64,000 nucleotides of DNA from Candidatus Tectimicrobiota bacterium (GTDB taxonomy: Bacteria; JACPUC01). The stretch covers positions 198,821-262,820 of the forward strand of contig JACPUC010000026.1 of assembly GCA_016192455.1 (NCBI GenBank), read 5' to 3'. The notes under the pieces were generated by a model. It saw nothing but the letters and a program-made list of their open reading frames with translations, had not been told where the DNA came from and did no database searches. Shown here piece after piece: positions 29,045-38,418 of this stretch. Position 1 is the stretch's first letter, and every line of letters starts with the position of its first letter. The translations under genes and the position numbers were made by a program.

Positions 29045-29740
29045 ATGCAACCGAATTGCGCAAGCTGTAAGTCGACCACCGACTGTCATTGGAGCTCATT
29101 GAACGACAAGCTCATCGAGGACCTGGTTCACCAGAGCAGCGTGCGCAGCTATGCCAAGAAGCAATACATCTTCCATGAATCGGATCCGGTGCATGGCTTG
29201 TACATCCTGTGCGAAGGCCTCGTGAAGCTCATCAAGACCACCGCCAACAGCCGCCAGGTCATCGTCAAGCTGGTATATCCCGGGGAACTTCTCGGGGGCC
29301 TCTTCTTCCTGAACGGCAACGACGCCTCCTTCTCCGCCCAGGCGGTGGAAGACTCCTCCATCTGCTTCACGCATCGCAGCTACATCGAGCAGGTACTGCT
29401 GCGCGACGCCAACCTCTCTCTCAACCTCCTCACCTACTTCAACGAACAACTCTGCAACAGCTTCCAGACCCTGTGCGAGTTTGCCGCCTTCGACGTGGAG
29501 CAGCGCCTCGCCGGCACCCTGCTGCGCTTTGCCGAGCACTACTCCGTGGAGACGCGGGACGGCTTGGCCTGTCATCTGCCGCTGCGGCGCGGCGAGCTGG
29601 CCGAGTTCCTCGGCACCACCGCCGAGACCACAGCGCGCACCCTCAGCAACTTGAAGCGGCAGCAGATCATCGCCCTGGAACGGCGCACCATCACCTTCCT
29701 GGATGTTGACCGCCTGCGGGCCATTGCCAAACGCTCCTGA
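29045..29740 (+). CDS. fnr: FNR-type Crp/Fnr transcriptional regulator
   Basis: N-terminal C-x2-C-x5-C (CASCKSTTDC) plus a central SSICF Cys, and HTH LGTTAETTART. Confidence 0.82.
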   Translation: MQPNCASCKSTTDCHWSSLNDKLIEDLVHQSSVRSYAKKQYIFHESDPVHGLYILCEGLVKLIKTTANSRQVIVKLVYPGELLGGLFFLNGNDASFSAQAVEDSSICFTHRSYIEQVLLRDANLSLNLLTYFNEQLCNSFQTLCEFAAFDVEQRLAGTLLRFAEHYSVETRDGLACHLPLRRGELAEFLGTTAETTARTLSNLKRQQIIALERRTITFLDVDRLRAIAKRS

Positions 29741-29889
29741 CGCCAGTCTGCACCCCCGCTGGTTTCCAACGGGGCTCCTCTTCACGCCACCTGAAACGCG
29801 CTTCACGGGGATAAAAAAAGTGGCGAAGAGATTCGTTAGCTATGAAATTATGTGTGAGCATAAAAATTTTGCTCAAATCGTTAGATTCC

Positions 29890-29903
29890 TTGATTTTCAT
29901 CAA
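29890..29903. promoter_or_regulatory. FNR box upstream of the bcr operon
   Basis: TTGAT-TTTC-ATCAA is a perfect consensus match. Confidence 0.85.
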
Positions 29904-30165
29904 TTTTTTCCACCAACGACTGGCGCATGTTGTGGAACGAGAAAGCCGCCAGCCGGCGCCGAGAGCATGCTCCCGGCAGGCTGCTGGCCTCGAACTCCTG
30001 CCGCCGCAAAGCAGGCGCCGGCGGGAGAGGCCGCGGGATCAGCAGGGCCGCCGGCCAACGAGAGCGGAGGTCAAATTGCAAGCGGGCCACAGGGCGGAGC
30101 GGGTGACGAACGGCAGGCGGCTGGCGAGTCGCCGGCGGCGCTCATTCTGAGAAGGAACCCAGGCT

Positions 30166-31011
30166 GTGACGGGCGCGATCGACATCCTCTGCTACTTCTT
30201 CAGCCATGAAGCGATCCAGAAGTACTGGTACGACTGCGAGGAGCTCTACCGCGTGGTGCTCTGGTGGCAGATGCAGGATCGCGTGCAGGGACGCTCGCTC
30301 GACGAGTTCGTCGCCCTGCTGGACGAGGCGGGGGTGGAGAAGGTGCTCATCCCGGCCACGAAGATGATGTCCTACAAGACCAAGAAGATGCTATGGGACA
30401 TCAGCCCCGACGAGGTTCTCGCCGTCGTGCAGAGCAAGCCGGACCGCTTCGTCGGCATGGCGGGCTTCAACCCCTACAGCGGCATGGCCGGGGTGCAAGA
30501 AGTGGAGCATGCGGTGCGTACCCTCGGCTTCCGCGGCGTCCACCTCCACACCTATGGCTTCGGCCTCGAGCTGGACCACCGCAAGTACTACCCGCTCTAC
30601 GCCAAGTGCGTCGAGCTTGGCGTTCCCGTCGTCATGCAGGTGGGCCACTCCGCCGAGCACATGCCCAGCGCCCTGGGCCGGCCCATCCTGGTTGATACCA
30701 TCGCCCTCGATTTCCCCGATCTGAACATCGTGGGGGCCCACACCGGCTGGCCGTGGACCGACGAGATGATCGCCCTCGCCTGGAAGCACGAGAACGTCTA
30801 CATCGGCATCGACGCGCACCACCCCCGCTACCTCGATCCCTCCCTCCTCCGCTTCATGAAGTCGCGCGGCAGGACGAAGGTCCTGTGGGGAACGAACTAC
30901 CCGGTGGTGGCGCACGCCTCGGCCAACTACATGCGCGAACACCTGGGCCTCAGCCCAGAAGTGCAAGACCTGATCCTGCGCGAGAATGCGCGCAAGCTTT
31001 TCGGGTTGTAA
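30166..31011 (+). CDS. amidohydrolase_2 family protein (atypical motifs)
   Basis: YYPLYAKCVELGVPV, QVGH, GAHTGWPW and WGTNYP. No N-terminal HxH. Confidence 0.85.
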   Translation: MTGAIDILCYFFSHEAIQKYWYDCEELYRVVLWWQMQDRVQGRSLDEFVALLDEAGVEKVLIPATKMMSYKTKKMLWDISPDEVLAVVQSKPDRFVGMAGFNPYSGMAGVQEVEHAVRTLGFRGVHLHTYGFGLELDHRKYYPLYAKCVELGVPVVMQVGHSAEHMPSALGRPILVDTIALDFPDLNIVGAHTGWPWTDEMIALAWKHENVYIGIDAHHPRYLDPSLLRFMKSRGRTKVLWGTNYPVVAHASANYMREHLGLSPEVQDLILRENARKLFGL

Positions 31012-31066
31012 CGGTTTCGCACCGGCGGCTGCGCCCGCATGGCGCGCGGCGGAGCCGGAGGGAGGG

Positions 31067-32230
31067 GTGAGCGTGAGTCTGCAACAACACCTGCAACGCT
31101 GCCGCAAGGTGGTGTACGACATGAACTTCACCTACGTCGACGCCTGGAGGCAGCAGCACCCCCAGGGCAAGGTGGTGGGCTGTTTCCCCGTGTACATCCC
31201 GCGCGAGGTCATCCACGCCGCCGGCATGCTCCCCGTGGGCATCTACGGCGGCGGGCTGGAGATCGAGATCGACCGCGCCGACGCGCGCGTGCAGTCCTTC
31301 ATCTGCTCTATCAGCCGCAGCACCCTCGAGCTCGGCATGTCGCACTACCTGAAGAACTTCGACGCCATGTACTTCACCTCCGTGTGCGACGTGGCGCGCA
31401 ACCTCTCCGGCGTCTGGGAGCGCAATTTCCCCAGCGTCCTCGTGGAGTACATCCACTTCCCGCAGAACATGGAGTCGAAGAGCTCGGTGCCGTACTACAG
31501 CGGCGAGATGCGCGGTCTGTGCCAGAACCTCGAGCGCATCGGCAACGTCACCATCACCGACGAGCAGTTGCGCCACAGCATCCAGGTCTACAACGAGAAC
31601 CGGGCGCTGCATCGCCAGCTCACCACCTTCAAGCAAGAGAACCCCGGCAAGCTCGACGCCAGCGAGCTCTACCTCCTGCAGCGCGCCGGCGCCTGCCTGC
31701 CCGTTGAGGAGCACACCGCCATGTTGCGCGAGGTGCTCGACGAACTGCCGCGCCGCGAGGGCAAGCGCCGCGACCGCATCCGCGTGGTGCTGGAAGGGGC
31801 CTTCTGCGAACAACCGCCGCTCGAGCTCATCGAGATCATCGAAGAGGCCGGTTGCGACATCGTCGCCAGCGACTTTGCGCTCGGCCTCATGTGGTTCCTC
31901 GAGGATGTGCCGGTGCAGGGCAACCCCCTGGAGAACCTGGCGCGGAGCTACCTGACGCAGAGCGACTACAGCTCCGTGCGCCATTACGGACTGAAGCGCC
32001 GCGATTACAGCTTGGTCGAGAAGGTGCGCCGAGTGAAGGCCGACGGCGTGCTCTTCTGCATCGCCAAGTTCTGCGAACCGGCCCTCATCGACTACGTCAC
32101 CCACAAGAATACCCTGGAGCGCGAGGGCATCCCCCTCGTGAACTTCGAGTTCGAGGAGAAGATGGGGGTGTTCGAGAACATCCGCATGCAAGTTGAGACC
32201 TTCGCCGAGTCCATCTTGCTGTTTGCCTAG
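31067..32230 (+). CDS. bcrC: class I benzoyl-CoA reductase subunit C-like (2-hydroxyacyl-CoA dehydratase family)
   Basis: PVYIPREVIHAAGMLPVGIYGGG, QSFICSISRSTLELG, SVCDVARNLSG and KFCEPAL. Confidence 0.85.
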   Translation: MSVSLQQHLQRCRKVVYDMNFTYVDAWRQQHPQGKVVGCFPVYIPREVIHAAGMLPVGIYGGGLEIEIDRADARVQSFICSISRSTLELGMSHYLKNFDAMYFTSVCDVARNLSGVWERNFPSVLVEYIHFPQNMESKSSVPYYSGEMRGLCQNLERIGNVTITDEQLRHSIQVYNENRALHRQLTTFKQENPGKLDASELYLLQRAGACLPVEEHTAMLREVLDELPRREGKRRDRIRVVLEGAFCEQPPLELIEIIEEAGCDIVASDFALGLMWFLEDVPVQGNPLENLARSYLTQSDYSSVRHYGLKRRDYSLVEKVRRVKADGVLFCIAKFCEPALIDYVTHKNTLEREGIPLVNFEFEEKMGVFENIRMQVETFAESILLFA

Positions 32231-32240
32231 GGGGGAACGC

Positions 32241-33497
32241 ATGGAGCAGAAACCTACCTTAAAGTACAAGAACCTGGCGATGAACACCCAGCGCGACCTG
32301 CTCGCCACCTGGTACGGGAAGCTTGCCACGGCCGAGGAGACCAAGCTCCCCATCGCTTACATGCTGGTGCCCGGCAGCGTCAGCGAGCTGGTGCGCCTGA
32401 TGGGCTTCGAGATCGTCTTCCCGGAGATCAACGCGCTGCAGTGCGGCATGAAGAAGACCGCCGGCAAGATGATCTTGAAAGCCGAAGACCTCGGCTATTC
32501 CTCCGACGTCTGCGGCTACGTGAAGAACGAGGTGGGCCTCTTCCTCACGGACCGGGAGTCTCCGACCGGGAAACTGCCGGCGCCCGACCTCCTGGTCTGC
32601 AACTACGTGGGCTGCACCACCTTCGTGAAGTGGTTCGAAGCCCTCGCCTCCTACTACGAAGTGCCGCTCTTCATGCTCGACGCCCCCTACATCCGCGGCG
32701 ACGGCATCACCCTGCACCAGCGCGACTACTTCGTGCAGCAGTTGCGTGATCTGGCGGACCTCTGCGGCTCCATCTCCGGCGCCAAGTACGACGAAGACAA
32801 GCTGAAGGAGATGCTGCGCTACTCGAAGGAAGCCGAAGACTTGTGGGTGAAGATCCTGCACTCGGCGAAGCACGTCCCCACCCCCATCGACTCCTACTTC
32901 GAGGCCGTCTTCTTCATGTCGCCGGTCTTCCTCATGCGCGGCATGCCGGAGACCGTGGAGTTCTACAAGAACGCCTGGCTCGAGGTGGAGGAGCGCATGC
33001 AGCTCGGCATCGGCCCCCTGCCCGAGGAGAAAGTGCGCGCCGTCATTGAAGGCCCGCCCGCCTGGCCGCACTTCCGGGCTTTCTGGGACCTCTTCAAGAA
33101 GTGGGGCGTGGTGAGCGTCGCCTCGACCTACTCCAAGGTCGGCGGCCTCTTCGACCTGGGATTCCGGCATGATCCCGACCATCCGCTGGAGAGCATCGCG
33201 GAGTACTGCATGGGGTGCTACACGAACATCAGCCTGCCGAAACGGGCCAAGCTCCTGAAGCAGTACCTCGAGGAGTACTCCGCCGATTGCCTCGTCATTC
33301 ACTCCGTGAAGAGCTGTCGCTCCTTCTCCATGGGACAGGCCGACATGCGGGAGTACTTCATGCACGAAGTGAATGTGCCGACTCTGCAGATCGAGTCCGA
33401 CCTAGCCGATCCCCGTTACTTCCAGCGGGCTCAGCTCATGAACCGCATTGACGCGTTCTTCGAATCGCTCGAGCACCGCAGGCTGACGGCGGTGTAG
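32241..33497 (+). CDS. bcrB: class I benzoyl-CoA reductase subunit B-like
   Basis: [41 protein letters not shown] and [10 protein letters not shown]. Confidence 0.85.
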   Translation: MEQKPTLKYKNLAMNTQRDLLATWYGKLATAEETKLPIAYMLVPGSVSELVRLMGFEIVFPEINALQCGMKKTAGKMILKAEDLGYSSDVCGYVKNEVGLFLTDRESPTGKLPAPDLLVCNYVGCTTFVKWFEALASYYEVPLFMLDAPYIRGDGITLHQRDYFVQQLRDLADLCGSISGAKYDEDKLKEMLRYSKEAEDLWVKILHSAKHVPTPIDSYFEAVFFMSPVFLMRGMPETVEFYKNAWLEVEERMQLGIGPLPEEKVRAVIEGPPAWPHFRAFWDLFKKWGVVSVASTYSKVGGLFDLGFRHDPDHPLESIAEYCMGCYTNISLPKRAKLLKQYLEEYSADCLVIHSVKSCRSFSMGQADMREYFMHEVNVPTLQIESDLADPRYFQRAQLMNRIDAFFESLEHRRLTAV

Positions 33498-33558
33498 TTC
33501 GCGCCGCGCCGCGGCAGCGCCAGTTCACGAAGGCAAGAGGTGCGAGGGGGAAGATGCC

Positions 33559-34368
33559 ATGTACGTTGCCGGTGTAGACGTAGGGTCAACGCAAACCAAG
33601 GCAGTGATCCTGGATGGAGACAAGAAGATCGTGGGGCGCGGCCTCACGCACACGGGCGCCAACGTTATCGCCGCCGCCCAGCGCGCCTTCGACGAGGCGC
33701 GCCAGGAGGCGGGCGTGCAGCAGGATGAGGTGACCTATACCATCGGCACGGGGTATGGGCGCTACAAGGTCCCCTTCGGGGATACCCAGGTCACCGAGAT
33801 AAGCTGTCACGCCAGAGGCGCCTGCTACCTCTTCCCGGCAACGCGGACCGTCCTCGACATCGGCGGGCAGGACACCAAGGGCATCCGCACCAACGAGCTG
33901 GGAGAGGTGGTGGATTTCGTCATGAACGACAAGTGCGCGGCGGGCACCGGGCGCTTCCTGGCCGCCGCGGCCGAGGTCATGGGGTTGACGCTTGACCAGC
34001 TTGGCGAAACCTCGCTCCGCTCGCAGAAGGCCCTGCGCATCACCAACGTCTGCACGGTCTTCGTGGAGACCGAGATCATGGCGCAGCTCGCCCGCGGCCG
34101 CTCCGTGGAAGACATCCTGCACGGCGTGCACAACTCCATCTCCGGTCGCAGCGTCAGCCTGTTGCGCCGCGTCGGTCTCGAGCCGGAGATCACCATGACC
34201 GGCGGCGTGGCGCGCAACGTCGGCATGGTCTCGGCGCTGGAGGAGCGCATGCAGCTCAAAATCAACGTCAGCGCGGACTCCCACTACGTCGGCGCCCTGG
34301 GAGCCAGTATCTTCGCCTGGGAGCGCGAGTTCGCGCACGTCGCCGCCGGCGAGCGGAAAGGGGAGTAG
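33559..34368 (+). CDS. bcrA: benzoyl-CoA reductase ATPase subunit A-like (short, 269 aa)
   Basis: [44 protein letters not shown] and NVCTVF. Confidence 0.8.
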   Translation: MYVAGVDVGSTQTKAVILDGDKKIVGRGLTHTGANVIAAAQRAFDEARQEAGVQQDEVTYTIGTGYGRYKVPFGDTQVTEISCHARGACYLFPATRTVLDIGGQDTKGIRTNELGEVVDFVMNDKCAAGTGRFLAAAAEVMGLTLDQLGETSLRSQKALRITNVCTVFVETEIMAQLARGRSVEDILHGVHNSISGRSVSLLRRVGLEPEITMTGGVARNVGMVSALEERMQLKINVSADSHYVGALGASIFAWEREFAHVAAGERKGE

Positions 34369-34370
34369 CG

Positions 34371-35177
34371 ATGGCCTTCACCGCAGGCATCGATATCGGC
34401 ACGCGGATGACCAAGACCCTCATCTACAATACCGACAGCAAGGAGATCGTTGCCGCTGTCATCGATCTCACCGGGCACAACCTGGGGGCCGCGGCGCAGC
34501 GCACCTTCGACGCGGCCCTGGCGAAGGCCGGCTTGAAGGCGGCGGACATCGGCTACGTCGCCACCACCGGCTACGGCCGCTACCAGGTGGAGTTCCGCAA
34601 CATCCAGATCACGGAGATTTCCTGCCACTCGAAGGGCGCCCTGAAGCTCTTCCCGAAGACGCAGAGCGTCCTCGACGTGGGAGCCCAGAACTCGCGCGCC
34701 ATGCGCGTGGCGCCGAATGGCCGGGTGACGAGCTTCCGCATGAACGAGAAGTGCGCCAGCGGCGCCGGGCGGTTCATCGAGCGCGTCGCCGGCGCGCTCG
34801 AGATTGAACTCGACCAGTTCGGCCCCATGTCGCTGAAAGCCGCCAACCCGCAGGAGATCAGCAGCGTCTGCGCCGTGCTCGCCGAGTCGGAGGTGATCAA
34901 CCACGTCACGGAAGGGCAGGAGATCGAGGATATCCTCATGGGCGCCAACAACGCGGTGAGCGACCGCATCGTAGCGCTGCTGCGGCAGGTCAAGGTGGAG
35001 CCGGAGGTGACCCTCACCGGCGGCGTGGCGAAGAATGCGGGCATGGTGAAGGCGCTCGAGAACCGCCTCGAGCTGTCCCTGAATGTCTCTGAGCTCTCGG
35101 AGTACGCGGGTGCTCTGGGAGCCTGTGTCTTCGCCAGCGAACGTCTGGCCAAGATGGGACAACGGGTGGCGGCCTGA
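34371..35177 (+). CDS. bcrD: benzoyl-CoA reductase ATPase subunit D-like
   Basis: AGIDIG, TTGYGR, MNEKCASGAGRF and ISSVCAVLAESEVIN. Confidence 0.82.
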   Translation: MAFTAGIDIGTRMTKTLIYNTDSKEIVAAVIDLTGHNLGAAAQRTFDAALAKAGLKAADIGYVATTGYGRYQVEFRNIQITEISCHSKGALKLFPKTQSVLDVGAQNSRAMRVAPNGRVTSFRMNEKCASGAGRFIERVAGALEIELDQFGPMSLKAANPQEISSVCAVLAESEVINHVTEGQEIEDILMGANNAVSDRIVALLRQVKVEPEVTLTGGVAKNAGMVKALENRLELSLNVSELSEYAGALGACVFASERLAKMGQRVAA

Positions 35178-35398
35178 GGTGGCGATGCCGCTCGCCTCTA
35201 GCCGCTGGCTGTCACCCGTTGGCAGCCGGGGAAGGCGGCGCGGCACGGCGGCGGATGAAGGCGGTTCGGAGCCCGGGCGGGGCGCACCAGCCCCTCCCTG
35301 GGTGCCGCGAGCGCCGGTCCGGCGACCGGACGGCGCTCGCGCCCTACGGCCTTGGGCGCAACGCCGATACTGCCGCCGGGCCAGCGGAGAATGGCGCC

Positions 35399-36328
35399 AT
35401 GAAGACGCCCGTCATCGACGTCCACCTGCACGCCTCGTCGATCTCCGGCTGGGGACGGCAGTGGCCCTTCGTGGAGTCATTTGCCGCCACCAGCGGCTTC
35501 TACGAGACCGTCGACGCCAACGGGGTCATGAAACCGGAGCTGGTGGAGGCCCTGCTGCGGCGCTGCGGCATTGATTACGCCCTCCTCCTGCCGGAGCTCA
35601 GCCCCCTCACCACGTACTACGTCGAGAATGAGTGGGTCTTCGAGTTCTGCAAGCACAGCACGCGGTTCCTGCCCTGCGCCAACATCAACCCGCACCTCGA
35701 GCACGACCTGGGGGGCCTGGTGCGCCGCTACATCGCCGAGCATGGTCTGCGGGCCATCAAGCTGGCGCCCACCTACCAGCATTTCTACCCGAACGACTCC
35801 CGCCTCTACCCGCTTTACGCCGTGGCCGAGGAGTGCGGCCTGCCGGTCCACATCCACACCGGCACCTCGATCTTCCGGCAGGCCAAGATCAAGTACGGCT
35901 ATCCCCTCCTCCTCGACGACATCGCCGTGGACTTCCCGCGCCTGAAGCTCGTGGCCGTGCACAGCGGCCGACGCTTCTGGTACGATGAGGCGTTCTTCCT
36001 TGGCGAGCAGCACGAGAACGTCTACCTGGAGATCGCCGGCCTGCCGCCCAAGAAGCTGCCGGAGTACTTCCCCAAGTTCAAAACGCTGACCCACAAGTTC
36101 ATCTTCGGCTCCGACTGGCCGGCGATGCCGAGCCTCGAGGGGAACATCGCCCAGGTGCGGGCCCTGCCGATCCCACCGGAGGATCAGGACGCTATCCTCG
36201 GCGGCACGGCGGCGCGCCTGCTCGGCATCGGCACGGAAACCTTCACCGACCAGGACGAGAGGCCGCGCCGGCAGTCCCACGGGGAGTCCGCGGTAGGCGG
36301 GCGCAGCGCAGGAACCACCTCATCCTGA
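35399..36328 (+). CDS. amidohydrolase_2 family protein
   Basis: IDVHLH, IKLAPTYQHF, VHIHTG, VAVHSG and FGSDWP. Confidence 0.88.
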   Translation: MKTPVIDVHLHASSISGWGRQWPFVESFAATSGFYETVDANGVMKPELVEALLRRCGIDYALLLPELSPLTTYYVENEWVFEFCKHSTRFLPCANINPHLEHDLGGLVRRYIAEHGLRAIKLAPTYQHFYPNDSRLYPLYAVAEECGLPVHIHTGTSIFRQAKIKYGYPLLLDDIAVDFPRLKLVAVHSGRRFWYDEAFFLGEQHENVYLEIAGLPPKKLPEYFPKFKTLTHKFIFGSDWPAMPSLEGNIAQVRALPIPPEDQDAILGGTAARLLGIGTETFTDQDERPRRQSHGESAVGGRSAGTTSS

Positions 36329-36485
36329 AGGCAGGCCGAGGCTCTTCCCATCTCCGGGCATGTCGCCGCGAAACGCAGGGTGCGACGGCAGGGCGGCGTC
36401 GGGCGTCGGCGCGCCGGCGGCGTGGCTCGATGCCGGCGCAGCTCCTTCCCCTCCACGGCAGGTAACCACGAGAAGGAAGCAACCT

Positions 36486-37238
36486 ATGGACGTCGCTGAC
36501 AAGGTCTCGATCATCACCGCGGCAGCCTCCGGGATCGGCAAGGCGACGGCAAGGCGCTTCGCCGAGCTTGGCGCTCGTGTCATCCTGGTGGACATTAACG
36601 AGGGCGCCTTGACGGCGGCGGCCAAGGAGCTCGCCGAGGCCGGCTATGCGGCGCAGCCCGAGGCGTGCGACATCACCAACCAGGAGGCGGTGCAGGCGCT
36701 GGTCCGCCGCGTGCTCGAACAGCGCCAGCGCATCGACGTGCTGGTGAACGCGGTCGGCTGGGGGAATATCGAACCGTTCCTGGACGGCACCCTGGCGTAC
36801 TGGCAGAAGCTCATCCAGCTCAACCTGATGGGCACTCTCATCATGTCGCACGCCGTGCTGCCGAGCATGCTGGCGCGGCAGAGCGGCAGCATCGTCAACC
36901 TCGCCTCCGATGCCGGGCGCGTCGGCAGCCTGGGCGAAACGGTCTATGCCGCCGCCAAGGGAGGGGTGATCGCCTTCACGAAATCCCTGGCGCGCGAGGT
37001 CTCCCGCCACGGCGTCCTGGTGAACTGCATCTCCCCCGGCCCCACGGACACCCCGCTGCTGCGCGAGCATGCCGGCACCGGCAGTGTCATCGAGAAGATG
37101 GTGAAGGCCATCCCCATGCGCCGCATCGCCCAGCCGGAGGAGCTGGCCAACGCCATCGTCTTCATGGCCTCGCGGGAGAATACGTACATCACCGGGCAAG
37201 TGCTGAGCGTCAGCGGCGGCCTCACGATGTCCGGCTAA
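36486..37238 (+). CDS. SDR, BadH-like (2-hydroxycyclohexanecarboxyl-CoA dehydrogenase-like)
   Basis: NAVGW..EPF, ASDAGRVGSLGETVYAAAKGG and CISPGPTDTPL resemble BadH. Confidence 0.75.
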   Translation: MDVADKVSIITAAASGIGKATARRFAELGARVILVDINEGALTAAAKELAEAGYAAQPEACDITNQEAVQALVRRVLEQRQRIDVLVNAVGWGNIEPFLDGTLAYWQKLIQLNLMGTLIMSHAVLPSMLARQSGSIVNLASDAGRVGSLGETVYAAAKGGVIAFTKSLAREVSRHGVLVNCISPGPTDTPLLREHAGTGSVIEKMVKAIPMRRIAQPEELANAIVFMASRENTYITGQVLSVSGGLTMSG

Positions 37239-37331
37239 CGCCGTCCCGGCCTGCCGCCGCGGGCATGCCGGCGCCGGCGCTCCGCCCGCAGCGCTCCCCC
37301 ATCCGCTGCCGTTGACGTGGGGACTGGAACG

Positions 37332-37904
37332 ATGCAGAAGCTCCCCGAAGGCTACCTGCAGCATGATCACCAGGCGATCATGCGGATGCTCACGCAGGTT
37401 GAAGGGGCATTGCAGCAGTTGGCCGCGACGGGCACGCTGCCGAACGCCTCGCTGCACGCCCTGGTGCGCAGGCTCGATGACGAGGTTGAGCGCCATTTCA
37501 TGAAAGAGGAACTGGTGCTGGGGCCCGTGTTGAGCCAGGTGGAGCCGGACGAGCGCGCGGCGCTGAGCGAGATCCTGCAGGACCACGAACGCCTGCGGCA
37601 AGAGATGGGCGCCTTCCGGGCCGCGGTGGAGCTGCACGAGGAGGGACACCTGCGCCCGAAGTCGACGGCGCAGTCGAAACTCATCCTGCGCGGCCTCGAC
37701 CTGGTGCGCAGCCTCGTGCAGCATATGCAGCGCGAGGAGAGCAGCTCCTTCCTCGATGCCGAGCGCCAGCTCAGCAGCGAACAGCGCCTGGCGGTGGCGC
37801 AGCAGCTCCGCGAGGCCGCCGTCTGGGAAGACCTCGCCGCGCCCCCGGAGCTGAACGCCCCTCCGCACGGCGGCAGTTCAGGGTCGTCCCACGAGGCGCC
37901 TTGA
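37332..37904 (+). CDS. hemerythrin (HHE) domain protein
   Basis: QHDHQ, ERHFMKEELVL, QDHERL and QHMQREE. Confidence 0.8.
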   Translation: MQKLPEGYLQHDHQAIMRMLTQVEGALQQLAATGTLPNASLHALVRRLDDEVERHFMKEELVLGPVLSQVEPDERAALSEILQDHERLRQEMGAFRAAVELHEEGHLRPKSTAQSKLILRGLDLVRSLVQHMQREESSSFLDAERQLSSEQRLAVAQQLREAAVWEDLAAPPELNAPPHGGSSGSSHEAP

Positions 37905-37973
37905 GGGCGGTCGCGTCTCGGGCTCCCCAGCTTTCACGAAGCGCTTGCGGGGGCGCTTCCCGGTTCAGGAGTG

Positions 37974-38003
37974 AAAAAGGCCGGTCTCATCGGAGACCGG
38001 CCT
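37974..38003 (-). terminator. intrinsic terminator
   Basis: AGGCCGGTCTC-ATCG-GAGACCGGCCT perfect 11-bp stem, with a T-run on the minus strand downstream of the QPC-repeat gene. Confidence 0.75.
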
Positions 38004-38064
38004 CTCTACTTCTGGATGGTACTCGAGCGTGGGCCCTACCCGAGCGAGCAGAGCCGCTCCCTCA

Positions 38065-38418
38065 CTACTTCTTCGGCGCGCACGGTTGGGCTGCGTCGGT
38101 CTTCTTCGGCGCGCACGGCTGGGCCGCATCCGTCTTCTTCGCCGCACACGGCTGAGCGGCATCCGTCGTCTTCGGCGCGCACGGTTGAGCGGCTTCCTTC
38201 TTCGGCGCGCACGGTTGGGCCGGGGCCGTCGCTTGGGCCACGACGATGGAGTTGCCGTCCACCGGCGTCATCGGAGTTTCAACCGGAGCACTCGCCACTT
38301 CCAATTTCGCGCTGCTGAAGTGGCTGCAGCCACCCAGGTCGCCCGCCACCGCCGGACCCGCCAGCAGAAGCCCCACCCCCATGACCATGACCAACATTGC
38401 GAAACAGCGTCCTTTCAT
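38065..38418 (-). CDS. small secreted protein with five AQPCA(P/A)K repeats
   Basis: GGAAGAGGAGG RBS, signal peptide MKGRCFAMLVMVMGVGLLLAGPAVA, 30-33 bp tandem repeats at 38068-38227, and its own terminator. Confidence 0.82.
   Translation of the reverse strand: MKGRCFAMLVMVMGVGLLLAGPAVAGDLGGCSHFSSAKLEVASAPVETPMTPVDGNSIVVAQATAPAQPCAPKKEAAQPCAPKTTDAAQPCAAKKTDAAQPCAPKKTDAAQPCAPKK
38068..38227. repeat. coding tandem repeat, 5 x 30-33 bp
   Basis: Unit is approximately CTTCTTCGGCGCGCACGGTTGGGCTGCGTCGGT. Confidence 0.9.

Noticed and set aside
29919-29934. Sigma-54 promoter before the bcr operon (TGGCGCA...)
   Set aside because: No GC at the -12 position.
38068-38227. Possible CRISPR array
   Set aside because: The repeats are contiguous without unique spacers, in frame within a coding gene, and no cas genes are present.
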